Shown piece by piece: positions 52,440 through 61,979 of a stretch of 64,000 bases of DNA. This stretch comes from Candidatus Obscuribacteraceae bacterium (lineage in GTDB: Bacteria > Cyanobacteriota > Vampirovibrionia > Obscuribacterales > Obscuribacteraceae). Where the stretch lies: assembly GCA_044226015.1 (NCBI GenBank), contig JBGAHS010000001.1, forward strand, positions 864,001-928,000. The letters run 5' to 3'. Positions within the stretch are counted from its first letter, which is position 1; each line of letters starts with the position of its first letter. Both the position numbers and the translations under genes were made by a program. The notes below the pieces were generated by a model. The model made no database searches. It was not told where the DNA came from and saw only the letters and a list, made by a program, of their open reading frames with translations.

Positions 52440-53005
52440 CTTTTCCTGCTACTTGAAACATCCAAAATTCGCGAACTGACACTATTTTGAGTTTTCAGTA
52501 TCTCAGCTAAATGATAGCCGCCAAGAACTAGATAAGTCCAGCCGGCGGCGATTTTGACCTGTTTAAGATTGGAGTGCTTGCTTAATTCGAGATAACTTGA
52601 GATCTCAAACACTGCAATGTTTGCAAGGCTCTTGAGGTATTGCTCAGAGCTGAGAATGAAATCTGCAATCACCACATTAGGTGCGTCTTCATTTTGCAGC
52701 TGTAGGGTTTACGCTGAGTTGCCATAAGAGCCTGCTTTTGGAGGATTTGTCCTCGCCTTTGGCTTGTGCAGCCCAAACGAATTTTTTCTAATTGTCAAAT
52801 TGAAAAGTGTTACGGAGAAGCCGGCTTCTTAGCAATTTGCTTGCTGTTGATTGCAGTCGGAAAATTCCAAAACTACGAGGGATAGATTACTGAGCATTTT
52901 TAGCTGGTCCGCATGGATAAAGCGTCTTGCGGCATTAGAAGGGATTTATCATAAAACGGAATATATCCTCTTGGATAAATCAACATATTCAGTATACTGG
53001 TGACA

Positions 53006-53145
53006 GGCTCACAATTTTTCCTTTATCTTTGATAGGAACCCCTCCTTCTGGAGGCGGTACTATTGCGAGCTAACACCAGTTTGAAGTCCTACCTTCAAGC
53101 AAAATCTGAAGAGGTGGCAAGCTGCCCTGCCGCCTCTTCTTTTTT
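53006..53145 (+). ncRNA. Candidate structured small RNA or cis-regulatory leader (family not recognised)
   Basis: Upstream TTGGAT-16-TATACT; closing stem GGCTCACAAT/ATTGCGAGCT encloses two hairpins; further hairpin TTGAAG/CTTCAA; ends in a terminator. Confidence 0.45.
53108..53145 (+). terminator. Intrinsic terminator upstream of the LRR gene
   Basis: GAAGAGGTGGCA / TGCCGCCTCTTC (12 bp, one G-U pair) followed by six T. Confidence 0.8.
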
Positions 53146-53174
53146 GGTATCACTGACAGAGTTGATTAATTAGT

Positions 53175-54269
53175 ATGCTTCGGAATCTCAAGTTTGAATG
53201 TTTGTCTCTTAGTTTAGTAATGACTCTGCTGGTATTGTATATGGTGCCAGCGACAAGCTGGGCTCGCGAGTCGCACGTCATAGAGTCTCTGGACGAGCTA
53301 AAGTCCTATATTAGCTCTGGTGCGAAGTCGGAAACACTTGTCTTGAAGAAGCTGTCTGATACGACTACTCTTGATTCTCTTCCAGATAACCTTAGTTCTT
53401 TAACTCTTCGCTCTTGCTCTGCGTTGGAATCAATCGAGAACTTACCTGACTCACTTAGAACGCTGAGCATTCAAGATTGCCCGAATTTGAAACGGCTTCC
53501 CAAGCTTCCTGCTCGCCTTGCTTCTTTGCACGTGGAGGGTGGAGATGAGTCATTCGTAAGTGAATTGAAGAATTTTTTGTCGCAATCCTCAAATAGCACA
53601 ACTTTGAACCTGAGTGGGATAGAAAATCTAGAATCGTTAGAGGGCTTGCCCGACTCTCTGGTTTCATTGACGCTCACAAAATGTCCCCAGCTCAAGAGCT
53701 TGAAAAAATTGCCAGCACATTTGGGGTCATTGCATCTGAGGCAATGTGAAGAATTGACAGCGTTAGAATTGCCTGAGCAGGTTCTAGATTTGGGAATTGT
53801 TGATTGCCCGCATCTTGATGCTATTAGCAAGCTACCTCCCTCAATGAAGAACCTTGCAATCTCTCAATGTCCCGGTATAAGCAAACTGCCCGACTTGCCG
53901 AATGCATTGCAAGCCATTTCGATTTCCGATTGTTCAATTAGTGCACTGCCGTCATTGCCGGATGGTCTCAAATCAATCTCTCTGGCGAAAAACAAAGTCT
54001 CTGAGCTTCCCGCCTTGCCCAAGACTCTAGAGCTTTTGAGCTTAGATGGATGCTCTCAATTGAATGCTCTGCCCGAGCTTCCGTCTTCTCTTGTCAGATT
54101 AGACCTGGCGAACTGCGACGAGATTAAGGTGCTTCCCGCGCTTCCTGACGATTTTGCTTTCCTTGTGCTGACAGACTGCAAAAAGATGAAGGAATTGCCC
54201 AGCAAAATGCCTCCTAAAGCCGAGCTACGCATATCAGGATGCCCTGAAATTGAGAAAAAGTCTGACTGA
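53175..54269 (+). CDS. Secreted leucine-rich-repeat protein
   Basis: Signal peptide (ATSWA-R) and repeated LPxxLxxLxIxxCxxLxxLP units. Confidence 0.88.
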   Translation: MLRNLKFECLSLSLVMTLLVLYMVPATSWARESHVIESLDELKSYISSGAKSETLVLKKLSDTTTLDSLPDNLSSLTLRSCSALESIENLPDSLRTLSIQDCPNLKRLPKLPARLASLHVEGGDESFVSELKNFLSQSSNSTTLNLSGIENLESLEGLPDSLVSLTLTKCPQLKSLKKLPAHLGSLHLRQCEELTALELPEQVLDLGIVDCPHLDAISKLPPSMKNLAISQCPGISKLPDLPNALQAISISDCSISALPSLPDGLKSISLAKNKVSELPALPKTLELLSLDGCSQLNALPELPSSLVRLDLANCDEIKVLPALPDDFAFLVLTDCKKMKELPSKMPPKAELRISGCPEIEKKSD

Positions 54270-54357
54270 TGTCGCTCTAGTTCGCGGCGGCATTAATTGC
54301 GGTGGCATTGATTCGCGTGCGTGATCAGTTCGTGCAGGTCAAAGACCTGGAATGTAC

Positions 54358-55824
54358 TTAATCTGTTCGCTCAGTCAATTCGCTTGGAGTGAGATTTTCC
54401 GCAATTGGTTTATCGCCAGACTTGGCTAGTTTTGTTTCGTTTTCCATCAAGTCTGAGAGAATCCAATCGAAGATTTTGTGGGCTCCGAGCTCTGGTGCGA
54501 GTTCATCTCTAATCTCTTTTGGCAAACCTTTTGGACGATAGCCATCAATGAACGTGATGTGGTCAATCTGTCGGAACACTCTGCATTTTGATACATCTAC
54601 ATTCTTACGAATGGTCGAAATCGTGGGTTCGCGACTAATGGGATGCTTCGCAAGTACGTCTGATGGAAGGAACAGTGCGCTCACAAGTGGAGTAATGCCA
54701 TCATTCAATCCGTAGCGTCCGCTGCCTAGAATGATATCCTTGCCATCGGGGCTTGCTACTGGCATTCTGCCCATTTCAAAGTTCAACGCGCGCAGTACTG
54801 GGTGCTCAAAACCCAGGTGATATGGAACTGTACAAGTGGCGAACCACCAGGGCCATCTCAGTGCCTTGTAAATCTTGGCTGTCTGGTGTGGTGTTACATA
54901 CGGTGTCAATAGGTAGCCGCCGTAGCAGATGAACTTCTTCTTGTCTAACCTGATGTTTTTATTGACTTGAAGAATGCGGTTGTTGCTCATCGTATTTACG
55001 TCCACGTCTCCAGTGACGTGAAACGGAAACCATGTGGAGAACTTGCCTACATTTGGAATGCCGTTGTCGCTGTTATCCCAGCGTAAATCTTCGAGCAGGT
55101 TCGGATGGCGCGCAAAATACAACTTATATGAAAGGCAGAGGTCGGCTCTAACCCAAGGCACATCGTGGTTTCTAACAATGCTGTATCTCAACCAATCAAA
55201 ACAGAAGAGTGGTGCACCGTGAAATGGTGTTCCTAAAGTCAACACCTTTTCAATGCAAGCATTCACATCCATGTCTTGCATTGACTCTTGAACCATGTTT
55301 CCGCCCATGGAAAGCGCGACTATTGTAATTTGTTTGTTGCCAACGGAATGGAAGAGCTCATTAATTGCTTTCTTGAAGTGAGGCATATTTGTTGAAAGCA
55401 AAGTGTAGGTATTGAATCTTGCAAAATAGATTTTGTACTTCGCCTTGAAATCAGAATCACGCATCAGTCTTTCGACAACACGCTCCCAGCGGAAGCCTTC
55501 GTTAAATTCACCACGCAATCCGTGAACCATCAGTAGTGGCTGACGGTTGCCGATAGGAGTCTCGTCGTTCTGATAAATCTCTACTCCAATAGGAGCTTGC
55601 TTCAAATATTTTTTCGCCGGAGGTAATTGGTAAGAACCCGGCATCGAAACAGCGACGGAGCTTTGCAGCTTTGATGCATGCGATGATGAGCTGCCAGTAG
55701 GCTGTCCGAGGGCTAGTTCTTCGGCATATGCTGGTGCTAAAGTAAATGAGCTTACGAGCATCGAGAAAGCTAGTGAAACTATTGTCAGCACAAGCTCTCT
55801 GGTTTTCAAGTGGTTCTTCATCAC
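54358..55824 (-). CDS. Secreted alpha/beta-hydrolase (lipase/PGAP1-like)
   Basis: Signal peptide, LMVHGL oxyanion motif, ALSMGG nucleophile elbow, TLGTPFHGAP, NDGITP, DHITF. Confidence 0.85.
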   Translation of the reverse strand: MMKNHLKTRELVLTIVSLAFSMLVSSFTLAPAYAEELALGQPTGSSSSHASKLQSSVAVSMPGSYQLPPAKKYLKQAPIGVEIYQNDETPIGNRQPLLMVHGLRGEFNEGFRWERVVERLMRDSDFKAKYKIYFARFNTYTLLSTNMPHFKKAINELFHSVGNKQITIVALSMGGNMVQESMQDMDVNACIEKVLTLGTPFHGAPLFCFDWLRYSIVRNHDVPWVRADLCLSYKLYFARHPNLLEDLRWDNSDNGIPNVGKFSTWFPFHVTGDVDVNTMSNNRILQVNKNIRLDKKKFICYGGYLLTPYVTPHQTAKIYKALRWPWWFATCTVPYHLGFEHPVLRALNFEMGRMPVASPDGKDIILGSGRYGLNDGITPLVSALFLPSDVLAKHPISREPTISTIRKNVDVSKCRVFRQIDHITFIDGYRPKGLPKEIRDELAPELGAHKIFDWILSDLMENETKLAKSGDKPIAENLTPSELTERTD

Positions 55825-55929
55825 ACCATACCGGACAAGAAAAAGTTCAAAATTTTGTCCAAACCTACAGAATAAGACGAGAGTCTGGGTACAAGACTTT
55901 TAGTTTATTACTTGCAGAGATAATTTACT

Positions 55930-57153
55930 ATGGCTGAAAACATTCTTCTTTACTTCTCGGACACTGGTCGAGGGCACCGCAGTGCGACAGAAGCAGTCGA
56001 AGGCGCTTTACAACGAATCGCCGAGGAACATTTCCCCGGACGAGATCTGAAACTTATAAAAGAACCCGTTGCGGAGAAGTCGAGCGGCGTAAACCGCGCG
56101 TTCGTCGAGGCTTACAACTATTTTCTCCGCAATCATCAGCATCTAATGAAGTACTACTACGATTTCGTCCAGTGGGTCAAACCCAATGAACGGCATCTTG
56201 CTTACCTTGGCTGCAGAGAGTATTTGACACAGCACCTTATCGAAACTCAGCCTTCAGTCGTCGTATCTATGCACCCGATGACGAATCATTTTATTTACAA
56301 AGCCATGAGAGATGTAGGCATTGCTGGTGATGTCAAGTTGATTGTGGTCATTACTGACCCTAATACCAATCTTTGGAGAGGATGGGCTTGTCACGAAGCT
56401 GACCTCATTGTGGCGCCTAATGAACTCGTAAAAGATAAATTGATGGAATGGAAAGTTCCAGAATCGAAAATCAGAGTATTGGGAATGCCAATCAGCCCTG
56501 AATTCTTGAATCCTCCCACGGTGTCACGCGGAGAATTTTTGAGTCATCTGGGCTTGTCGACTGACCTTCCGACATTGTGTATCAATGCTGGCTGGGCTGG
56601 CGGCGGCAATATGCTTTCAGCTTATCGTTCACTTAAAGAAGTTGAGTCGAAATTCCAGGTGCTCTTCCTTTGTGGTCATAATAAGGATTTGTACGAAAGA
56701 GCGAAAGCAGAGGCTATCGACTCTCGTATTCCAACTGCAGTGCTTCCTTTTCATGATCGCATGCCAGACCTGATGGCAGCCGTAGATGCAATGGTGACAA
56801 AAGCTGGTGGACTGACAACATTTGAATGTATTGCCCGAAAACTTCCAATGATCGTTGATGTAATCACAGCACCGATGCCCCAGGAAGCCGGAACTGTTGA
56901 GATGCTTGTAGATGCCGGACTAGCGCAAAGGCTGAGTAGTCCTCAGCAATTGCCTTCACTGGTGAAGAATTTGCGTCACGACCCCGATCGAATGAGCAAG
57001 CCGCTTCCCGAGAAATACTGTTTGAACCGCACTGATGCTGTGTTCGAGATGGCAAAAATCATCTTGCACAACACCAATCAGTTTGACACGCCCAAGCGCA
57101 GTCACAGCGATGTTCATTTGAAGGCACTTAAGCCGCAGACGAGCAGCAATTAA
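55930..57153 (+). CDS. MGDG synthase / UgtP-like diacylglycerol glycosyltransferase (GT28)
   Basis: SDTGRGHRSATEA, VSMHPM, VITDP, GMPISPEF, LCGHNKDL, VTKAGGLT, QEAGTV. Confidence 0.88.
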   Translation: MAENILLYFSDTGRGHRSATEAVEGALQRIAEEHFPGRDLKLIKEPVAEKSSGVNRAFVEAYNYFLRNHQHLMKYYYDFVQWVKPNERHLAYLGCREYLTQHLIETQPSVVVSMHPMTNHFIYKAMRDVGIAGDVKLIVVITDPNTNLWRGWACHEADLIVAPNELVKDKLMEWKVPESKIRVLGMPISPEFLNPPTVSRGEFLSHLGLSTDLPTLCINAGWAGGGNMLSAYRSLKEVESKFQVLFLCGHNKDLYERAKAEAIDSRIPTAVLPFHDRMPDLMAAVDAMVTKAGGLTTFECIARKLPMIVDVITAPMPQEAGTVEMLVDAGLAQRLSSPQQLPSLVKNLRHDPDRMSKPLPEKYCLNRTDAVFEMAKIILHNTNQFDTPKRSHSDVHLKALKPQTSSN

Positions 57154-57176
57154 GTCACTTTAGTCCTGATGATTTT

Positions 57177-57207
57177 GAACCTGCGAGAAATCGCAGGTTC
57201 TTTTTTT
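57177..57207 (+). terminator. Intrinsic terminator
   Basis: GAACCTGCGA-GAAA-TCGCAGGTTC, a perfect 10-bp stem with a GNRA loop and seven T. Confidence 0.9.
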
Positions 57208-57411
57208 CAGGGGGCAATTCAAGGCAAAAGTCGCCGACAGTATCTTGCTTCTGCCTGGATCTCGGCTGGGCGAGCAGCTGCCGGGCAGCTGTCCTTCCGC
57301 GCCTGTCCGCGCATTTTGGAAGCAAACTCACAGTAGATTAACTGACGCCCTGCGACCCATTGTTCGAATAATCAAATAAAATAGGGGTAGTTTTGGGAAA
57401 GGACGCCAACC

Positions 57412-58140
57412 ATGAAACTAGCAATTAAAGAGTTTGGGACTGGTGGCAGTAAAGGCGATGTAATTTTGATTCATGGCACGGGTGCCAAGGCAGAAATGTG
57501 GAACCCACAAATCGAAATGCTCGTTAAGGATGGCTGGCATTGTATCGTTCCCGATTTGCGAGGGCACGGTGAGAGTGCCGAACCCGAAGAGAAAACCGAT
57601 TTGAAGACTCATATGCAAGATCTTTTTGAGACCTTCGATGATTTGGAAATTAAGTGGCCCGCCGTATGGATCGGGCATTCACTGGGATCAATTCTTTCTC
57701 TTGAAGTTGCGAGTGTGCAACCACAACTGGTGTCGAAAATTCTGGCGGTTTCTTTTCCTGGTAAAGTACCGGCGGTGGTGGCAAATGCGTTTAAAGTGTT
57801 TTTGAATCTGCCTTATCAAAGCCTTCGAAATACTGCCATTCATCGCAATCTTGGCTGGCGCGAACGTGTTCTCTTAGATACTAACAGTTACAGTCTTGGA
57901 CAAGTGGTGGAGAACTTTCATAGTCTCGATTACATCAATAATATTCCTAAGGTTGATTGTCCTGTTCATTTTGCCGTGGGGCGGTTTGACCCGGTCGCGC
58001 CTTCTATGCATGTTGAGTCAATTCACAAGGCTATGCCAGGAAGCAGCCTGCAAATCATTGAATGGGCGGGTCACAATCCGATGGACAGCCAGCCCATTGC
58101 TTTCAATAAATGGTTCCGGAAAACGATGGAATTACACTAA
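57412..58140 (+). CDS. Alpha/beta-fold hydrolase
   Basis: LIHGTG, DLRGHGES, GHSLG, GRFDPV, AGHNP. Confidence 0.92.
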   Translation: MKLAIKEFGTGGSKGDVILIHGTGAKAEMWNPQIEMLVKDGWHCIVPDLRGHGESAEPEEKTDLKTHMQDLFETFDDLEIKWPAVWIGHSLGSILSLEVASVQPQLVSKILAVSFPGKVPAVVANAFKVFLNLPYQSLRNTAIHRNLGWRERVLLDTNSYSLGQVVENFHSLDYINNIPKVDCPVHFAVGRFDPVAPSMHVESIHKAMPGSSLQIIEWAGHNPMDSQPIAFNKWFRKTMELH

Positions 58141-58173
58141 TCGAGAACTTCAGGCAAAGTGTTGGCAACAGCA

Positions 58174-61100
58174 TCAATTGCTCATTCCAAAGCCCTTTTT
58201 GACCCAGCCAAAGAAACCTTTCTTTTGTTGTTCCATTTGCTGAAGCAGTTGTTCAAGAGAAGGTCCTTGCATTGGCTCAGATTGTTGTCTGTGCGGCTCG
58301 GCTTGTGCTGGCAGCAATTTGCCTAACAAATTCAAGCTGTATTGCAAATCTTTTGGCTTCATTATGTCAGGACGACGTTCGCGGAGAACTTTCTCGGAGT
58401 CTTTTGACTCCTGCAATTTTCTTCTTTCGGTAGTACCATCTGAAAGAAATAGTGTTCCTTCGCCGGTAGATTCTGAAAACATGAAGGCTTCCCCGCGTTT
58501 CAGATTGCCGGTTCCATGTTCCATCAAATAGCGCATGCGTTTTGTAACCGGGTCTTCTGGTGGCTCAGCCACAGGCTCTTGCATCTTTCCAGGAACAGGG
58601 CGAATAGTGCGTACCTGCTTACTCGAAAGGAATTGCTTATCACCATCAATTAGAGGCTTCATGAAAGTGAACGCGCCCGATTTGCTCTTTTGGAAGTCGA
58701 TGATTTTGTTGGCAGGTCCAGCAGACATACCACCAGGATAGTACTTGCTCATGTCCACGCCCACCGGCACTGGAACTTTATTAGGAACAGTGTTTTGACT
58801 CGCTGTTTCCAACGGAACAGGGCTCGCTATTTCACTCTTTGGAATTGCCAGCGGAGATATCGCTTGAGCTATGCCGCTTGCTGCATCGAGCGCCGGCTTG
58901 AGAACTGGTTGTGCGCTCGCTACTGCATCTTGCACCGCTGGTGGTAGTGCTGCAATAAGTGGTTGAAGAGGACCCTGTTCAGGGCTGGTGAGTGGACCAG
59001 CCGTAGCAGATTTCCGCTCTAGCCCTTGTGCACCCAGCTGTGGCAAAGCTGTTTCTGCAGCCGATTTGTGCTCTACCGGTTTCGGAATCATACTTTCTAG
59101 AGTTGATGGTGCTGCTGCTATCGGCAAAGATGCTGACAGTCTGACTGCCACCGGAGGTGGTGCCGGTGCTGTGGGGCTGCTGAAGCTGTTGATTATTCGG
59201 CTCACATCCAGCGGCACTGGCGTAGGAGCCTTTTGTTCAGGAACCGCGCCCGGTCCTGCTGCAACCGGCGCAGTCTCCGGCGAAACGTTTGCAACAATCG
59301 CCTCTGGTGAGTTGTCGCGGTTCGTTCCTGGCAGTCCTGGCAGGCTGGGCCATGACCAAGACACATTCGGAACGAAAGAAGTAAAAGTCTTTTTCGCCTG
59401 CGACATCATGTTTTCAAAGAAGCCTGGCTTCTTATCTGCTTCATCCATCTCTGGAAGGTCAGTCGATGCAAGATGTGTTACTGAATTGTTTTTGAGGAGA
59501 CCGTAGTTGGGACCAGAGACTTCGGGTCTCTTAACGACGCGATTATCTTCAGGTAATTTTGGAACAGCAGACAAAATTTGCTTCAGTTGCGGGTCCATAT
59601 CTGGTGATTTTTCCGCTGGCTTCGCTGCTGTCTTTGATGTTGTGACGTTCACGTCGCCGCCATACCTACCATCGAGAATTCGTGCGACCTCTGGTGGAAG
59701 GTCTGCTTTATCAGGAAGTGACTTCTGATAGCTGCTCGTGACTGTAGTGGTAGTGTTAGTTGTTGTTGTGACGTTGACTTTATTGCTTGGCGTTGTTTCA
59801 TGCTTTATGAATGGAATGTGTGACTTCATGTTTTGAGCAACGCTTCCAATAGAAAATGGTTTTTCCTGTTTTGGAACCAGGTCAATTGGGTTCACCGCAT
59901 GTGGTGCATTCTTAACGACTGCTGCATCTTCAGCTCTTTCAGTGAAAGGTATATGATCTTTGATATGAGAAAGCATGTTTGCAGCGCGTGAGACCTTCTT
60001 CTCCTCGGGCGCGGGTGGCGCTTGTGCTGGTTTGTCAGCACCAAACGGTAGCTTGTCCTTCATCCAGGCAAACATTGAGCCCTTTTCTTCTTTCTGCTCA
60101 GTGTGTGCGGTTTCTTGCTGCGCTTGTGCTGGAAGTCGGCTCTTAATCCATTCGGGCATGGGCGGCTTCGGAATGTTGCTAACAGCTCTGCTCGCGCCGG
60201 TTCTCATGCGAGCTAGCAATCCCTGGGCATCTTCATTTTGCGCTGCTACGCGAGAATCTTTTTTGTCATTCTTTTCTGATGGAGTATTTTTGAGAGCGTC
60301 TGACACTGAATTTGGTGTCAACTTTCCGAATTCTTCAGTCTCTGCCTTGCTATCCTTTTGCTCATGCTTTTCTGCTTTCGGAGCTGCTCCAAGGTTGTTT
60401 ATTATGTCATCGATGGCTTTTGGACGTTGTTCGTTGCGAGCTTCGCTCACTTGTTCTGGCGCTTTTTCTGAAGCATTGCTCTGACGCGGCTCGTCTTTGA
60501 AAAATGCTCCGGGTCCATTTGACTTAGTGCTCGGCGACTGGCTGAAAACTAGTGATATCTTGCCTCGCCCAGATGGTCTGCTTGCGGGTTCTGCTGAAGG
60601 CGTCTTGTCGATGGATGCTTCTGTGTGTGGTGCCACTTTCTGTGTTGGAGCTGAAGCGGAATGCAACCATTGTGCGGCCGGGTCTGAATTTTCTGCAGTG
60701 GGAAGCTTGCCCGTTGTGGCTACGCTGATCGCAGCGGAAGGTGCTTCCAAGTCTTTGCGATCTGCAATTGTAATTTTTTGTGCCGGAGGTTTCTGGCTGG
60801 AAAAAATCTTTCCTACTTCGTTTGCAGCGCCAAGCAGATTGCCGCTCTGAACATGCAATTGAACCAGGTAAGTTCGCATTTTTGTATCGCGCGGCGCTAA
60901 AGCCAAAGCCTGTTCCATTGCAGATTTGGCTAGCTTTGTTTGTCCTTCCGCTTGAAACAGCTGTGCTTGTTCGTAGAACGCTTTGGTGTTGCGTGGGTTC
61001 TCATGCGCAGCACGTACAAATTCAAGCAATGCTTCGTGAGGCTTGTTTTGTTGCTTGTAGTAATAGCCTTTCTCCATGTGTGTTGCAGGATAACTGGCTT

Positions 61101-61308
61101 TGAGCAAATTAGTATTTATTGCAGCCCGAACAGAGCTGTTTAGGGGCACGGCTTTTCTAACTGGCACCATATTAGGTGCCATTGGCATTCCAGAACCTAG
61201 CGCTACTTTTTTCTTGTTGCTACTAGATTGCTGCGCTTCAACCTGTGAAGCGTAGCTAACCAGTGTTATCAAGAGTGAGGTTTTTATCAAAACCCGCGAT
61301 GGTGGCAT
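58174..61308 (-). CDS. Large secreted protein with N-terminal TPRs and a long Pro/Ala/Ser-rich region
   Basis: Signal peptide, TPRs (AFYEQAQLFQAEG...ALALAPRD), low-complexity middle, compact C-terminal domain. Confidence 0.8.
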   Translation of the reverse strand: MPPSRVLIKTSLLITLVSYASQVEAQQSSSNKKKVALGSGMPMAPNMVPVRKAVPLNSSVRAAINTNLLKASYPATHMEKGYYYKQQNKPHEALLEFVRAAHENPRNTKAFYEQAQLFQAEGQTKLAKSAMEQALALAPRDTKMRTYLVQLHVQSGNLLGAANEVGKIFSSQKPPAQKITIADRKDLEAPSAAISVATTGKLPTAENSDPAAQWLHSASAPTQKVAPHTEASIDKTPSAEPASRPSGRGKISLVFSQSPSTKSNGPGAFFKDEPRQSNASEKAPEQVSEARNEQRPKAIDDIINNLGAAPKAEKHEQKDSKAETEEFGKLTPNSVSDALKNTPSEKNDKKDSRVAAQNEDAQGLLARMRTGASRAVSNIPKPPMPEWIKSRLPAQAQQETAHTEQKEEKGSMFAWMKDKLPFGADKPAQAPPAPEEKKVSRAANMLSHIKDHIPFTERAEDAAVVKNAPHAVNPIDLVPKQEKPFSIGSVAQNMKSHIPFIKHETTPSNKVNVTTTTNTTTTVTSSYQKSLPDKADLPPEVARILDGRYGGDVNVTTSKTAAKPAEKSPDMDPQLKQILSAVPKLPEDNRVVKRPEVSGPNYGLLKNNSVTHLASTDLPEMDEADKKPGFFENMMSQAKKTFTSFVPNVSWSWPSLPGLPGTNRDNSPEAIVANVSPETAPVAAGPGAVPEQKAPTPVPLDVSRIINSFSSPTAPAPPPVAVRLSASLPIAAAPSTLESMIPKPVEHKSAAETALPQLGAQGLERKSATAGPLTSPEQGPLQPLIAALPPAVQDAVASAQPVLKPALDAASGIAQAISPLAIPKSEIASPVPLETASQNTVPNKVPVPVGVDMSKYYPGGMSAGPANKIIDFQKSKSGAFTFMKPLIDGDKQFLSSKQVRTIRPVPGKMQEPVAEPPEDPVTKRMRYLMEHGTGNLKRGEAFMFSESTGEGTLFLSDGTTERRKLQESKDSEKVLRERRPDIMKPKDLQYSLNLLGKLLPAQAEPHRQQSEPMQGPSLEQLLQQMEQQKKGFFGWVKKGFGMSN

Positions 61309-61375
61309 TCCGGCTCGGTTCCTTTCGACAGACAGTCTTCAGGTCGTGACAAGACTTGTCAGGCAATATAATAGC

Positions 61376-61861
61376 CTATGACTTGATTACAAAACGCTCT
61401 ATCTTTCTCATCATCTTTATCCAATTTGGCTCTTTTTGCGTTTTCAAGGGCCAAACCAGAATAGTCTTCATTCCTGCCCGTTGTCCGCCAAGCACGTCTG
61501 TGAGGGGACGATCGCCAATTACAGCAACCTGGCTAGCTTCCATCTCAAAACCCTTCAAAATCTCGAAAAATGCCCAACGCCGAGGCTTCGCAGCTTTGTA
61601 TATGAGCGGCATTTGTAAAAGCTCTCTCACTTGTTCGATATATGCTGCATGCTTATTATTGCTGACAATCGCAACTTCGAAGTTGTCGCGCGCTTCCTTA
61701 AGCCAGGCGGTCACTTCGGGGCTCAACTTGCCTGCCCTTGGTTCCATCAAGGTGCTGTCGAGATCAAATATTAAACCGCGCACACCATCCTGCTTAAGTA
61801 AAGCCAGGTCAATATCGGTAACGTCGCCGTTAATAAGGTATGTTGGTCTTAATAAAACCAT
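61376..61861 (-). CDS. yqeG: YqeG family HAD IIIA phosphatase
   Basis: IFDLDSTL, IVSNN, AAKP, VIGDRPLTDVLGG. Confidence 0.92.
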   Translation of the reverse strand: MVLLRPTYLINGDVTDIDLALLKQDGVRGLIFDLDSTLMEPRAGKLSPEVTAWLKEARDNFEVAIVSNNKHAAYIEQVRELLQMPLIYKAAKPRRWAFFEILKGFEMEASQVAVIGDRPLTDVLGGQRAGMKTILVWPLKTQKEPNWIKMMRKIERFVIKS

Positions 61862-61979
61862 TTGCAGAAACAGTTAATGCTTGCCGATTGAGCTACAGTT
61901 CATAATGGCAATTGACAGTTTGATTCTTCCACAGATGCGTCATTTTTGAAAGATGCCGCCTCAAACTCGGTAGAAGTCA

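Noticed and set aside
52397..52675. 92-aa ORF overlapping the MBOAT start
   Set aside because: No RBS or motif, and an out-of-frame overlap with the MBOAT 5' end; probably spurious.
53006..53145. Assigning the structured RNA as tRNA, Y RNA, 6S, SRP or a known riboswitch
   Set aside because: No T-loop or CCA, no SRP GGAAG loop, too short for 6S, no Ro60 gene nearby, and no consensus of TPP, SAM, B12, FMN or glnA riboswitches recognised.
54284..54313. 15-bp imperfect tandem repeat (GCGGCGGCATTAATT / GCGGTGGCATTGATT)
   Set aside because: Only two copies, between convergent 3' ends; no evident function.
61356..61877. 173-aa + strand ORF
   Set aside because: Antisense shadow of yqeG, which has clear HAD motifs.
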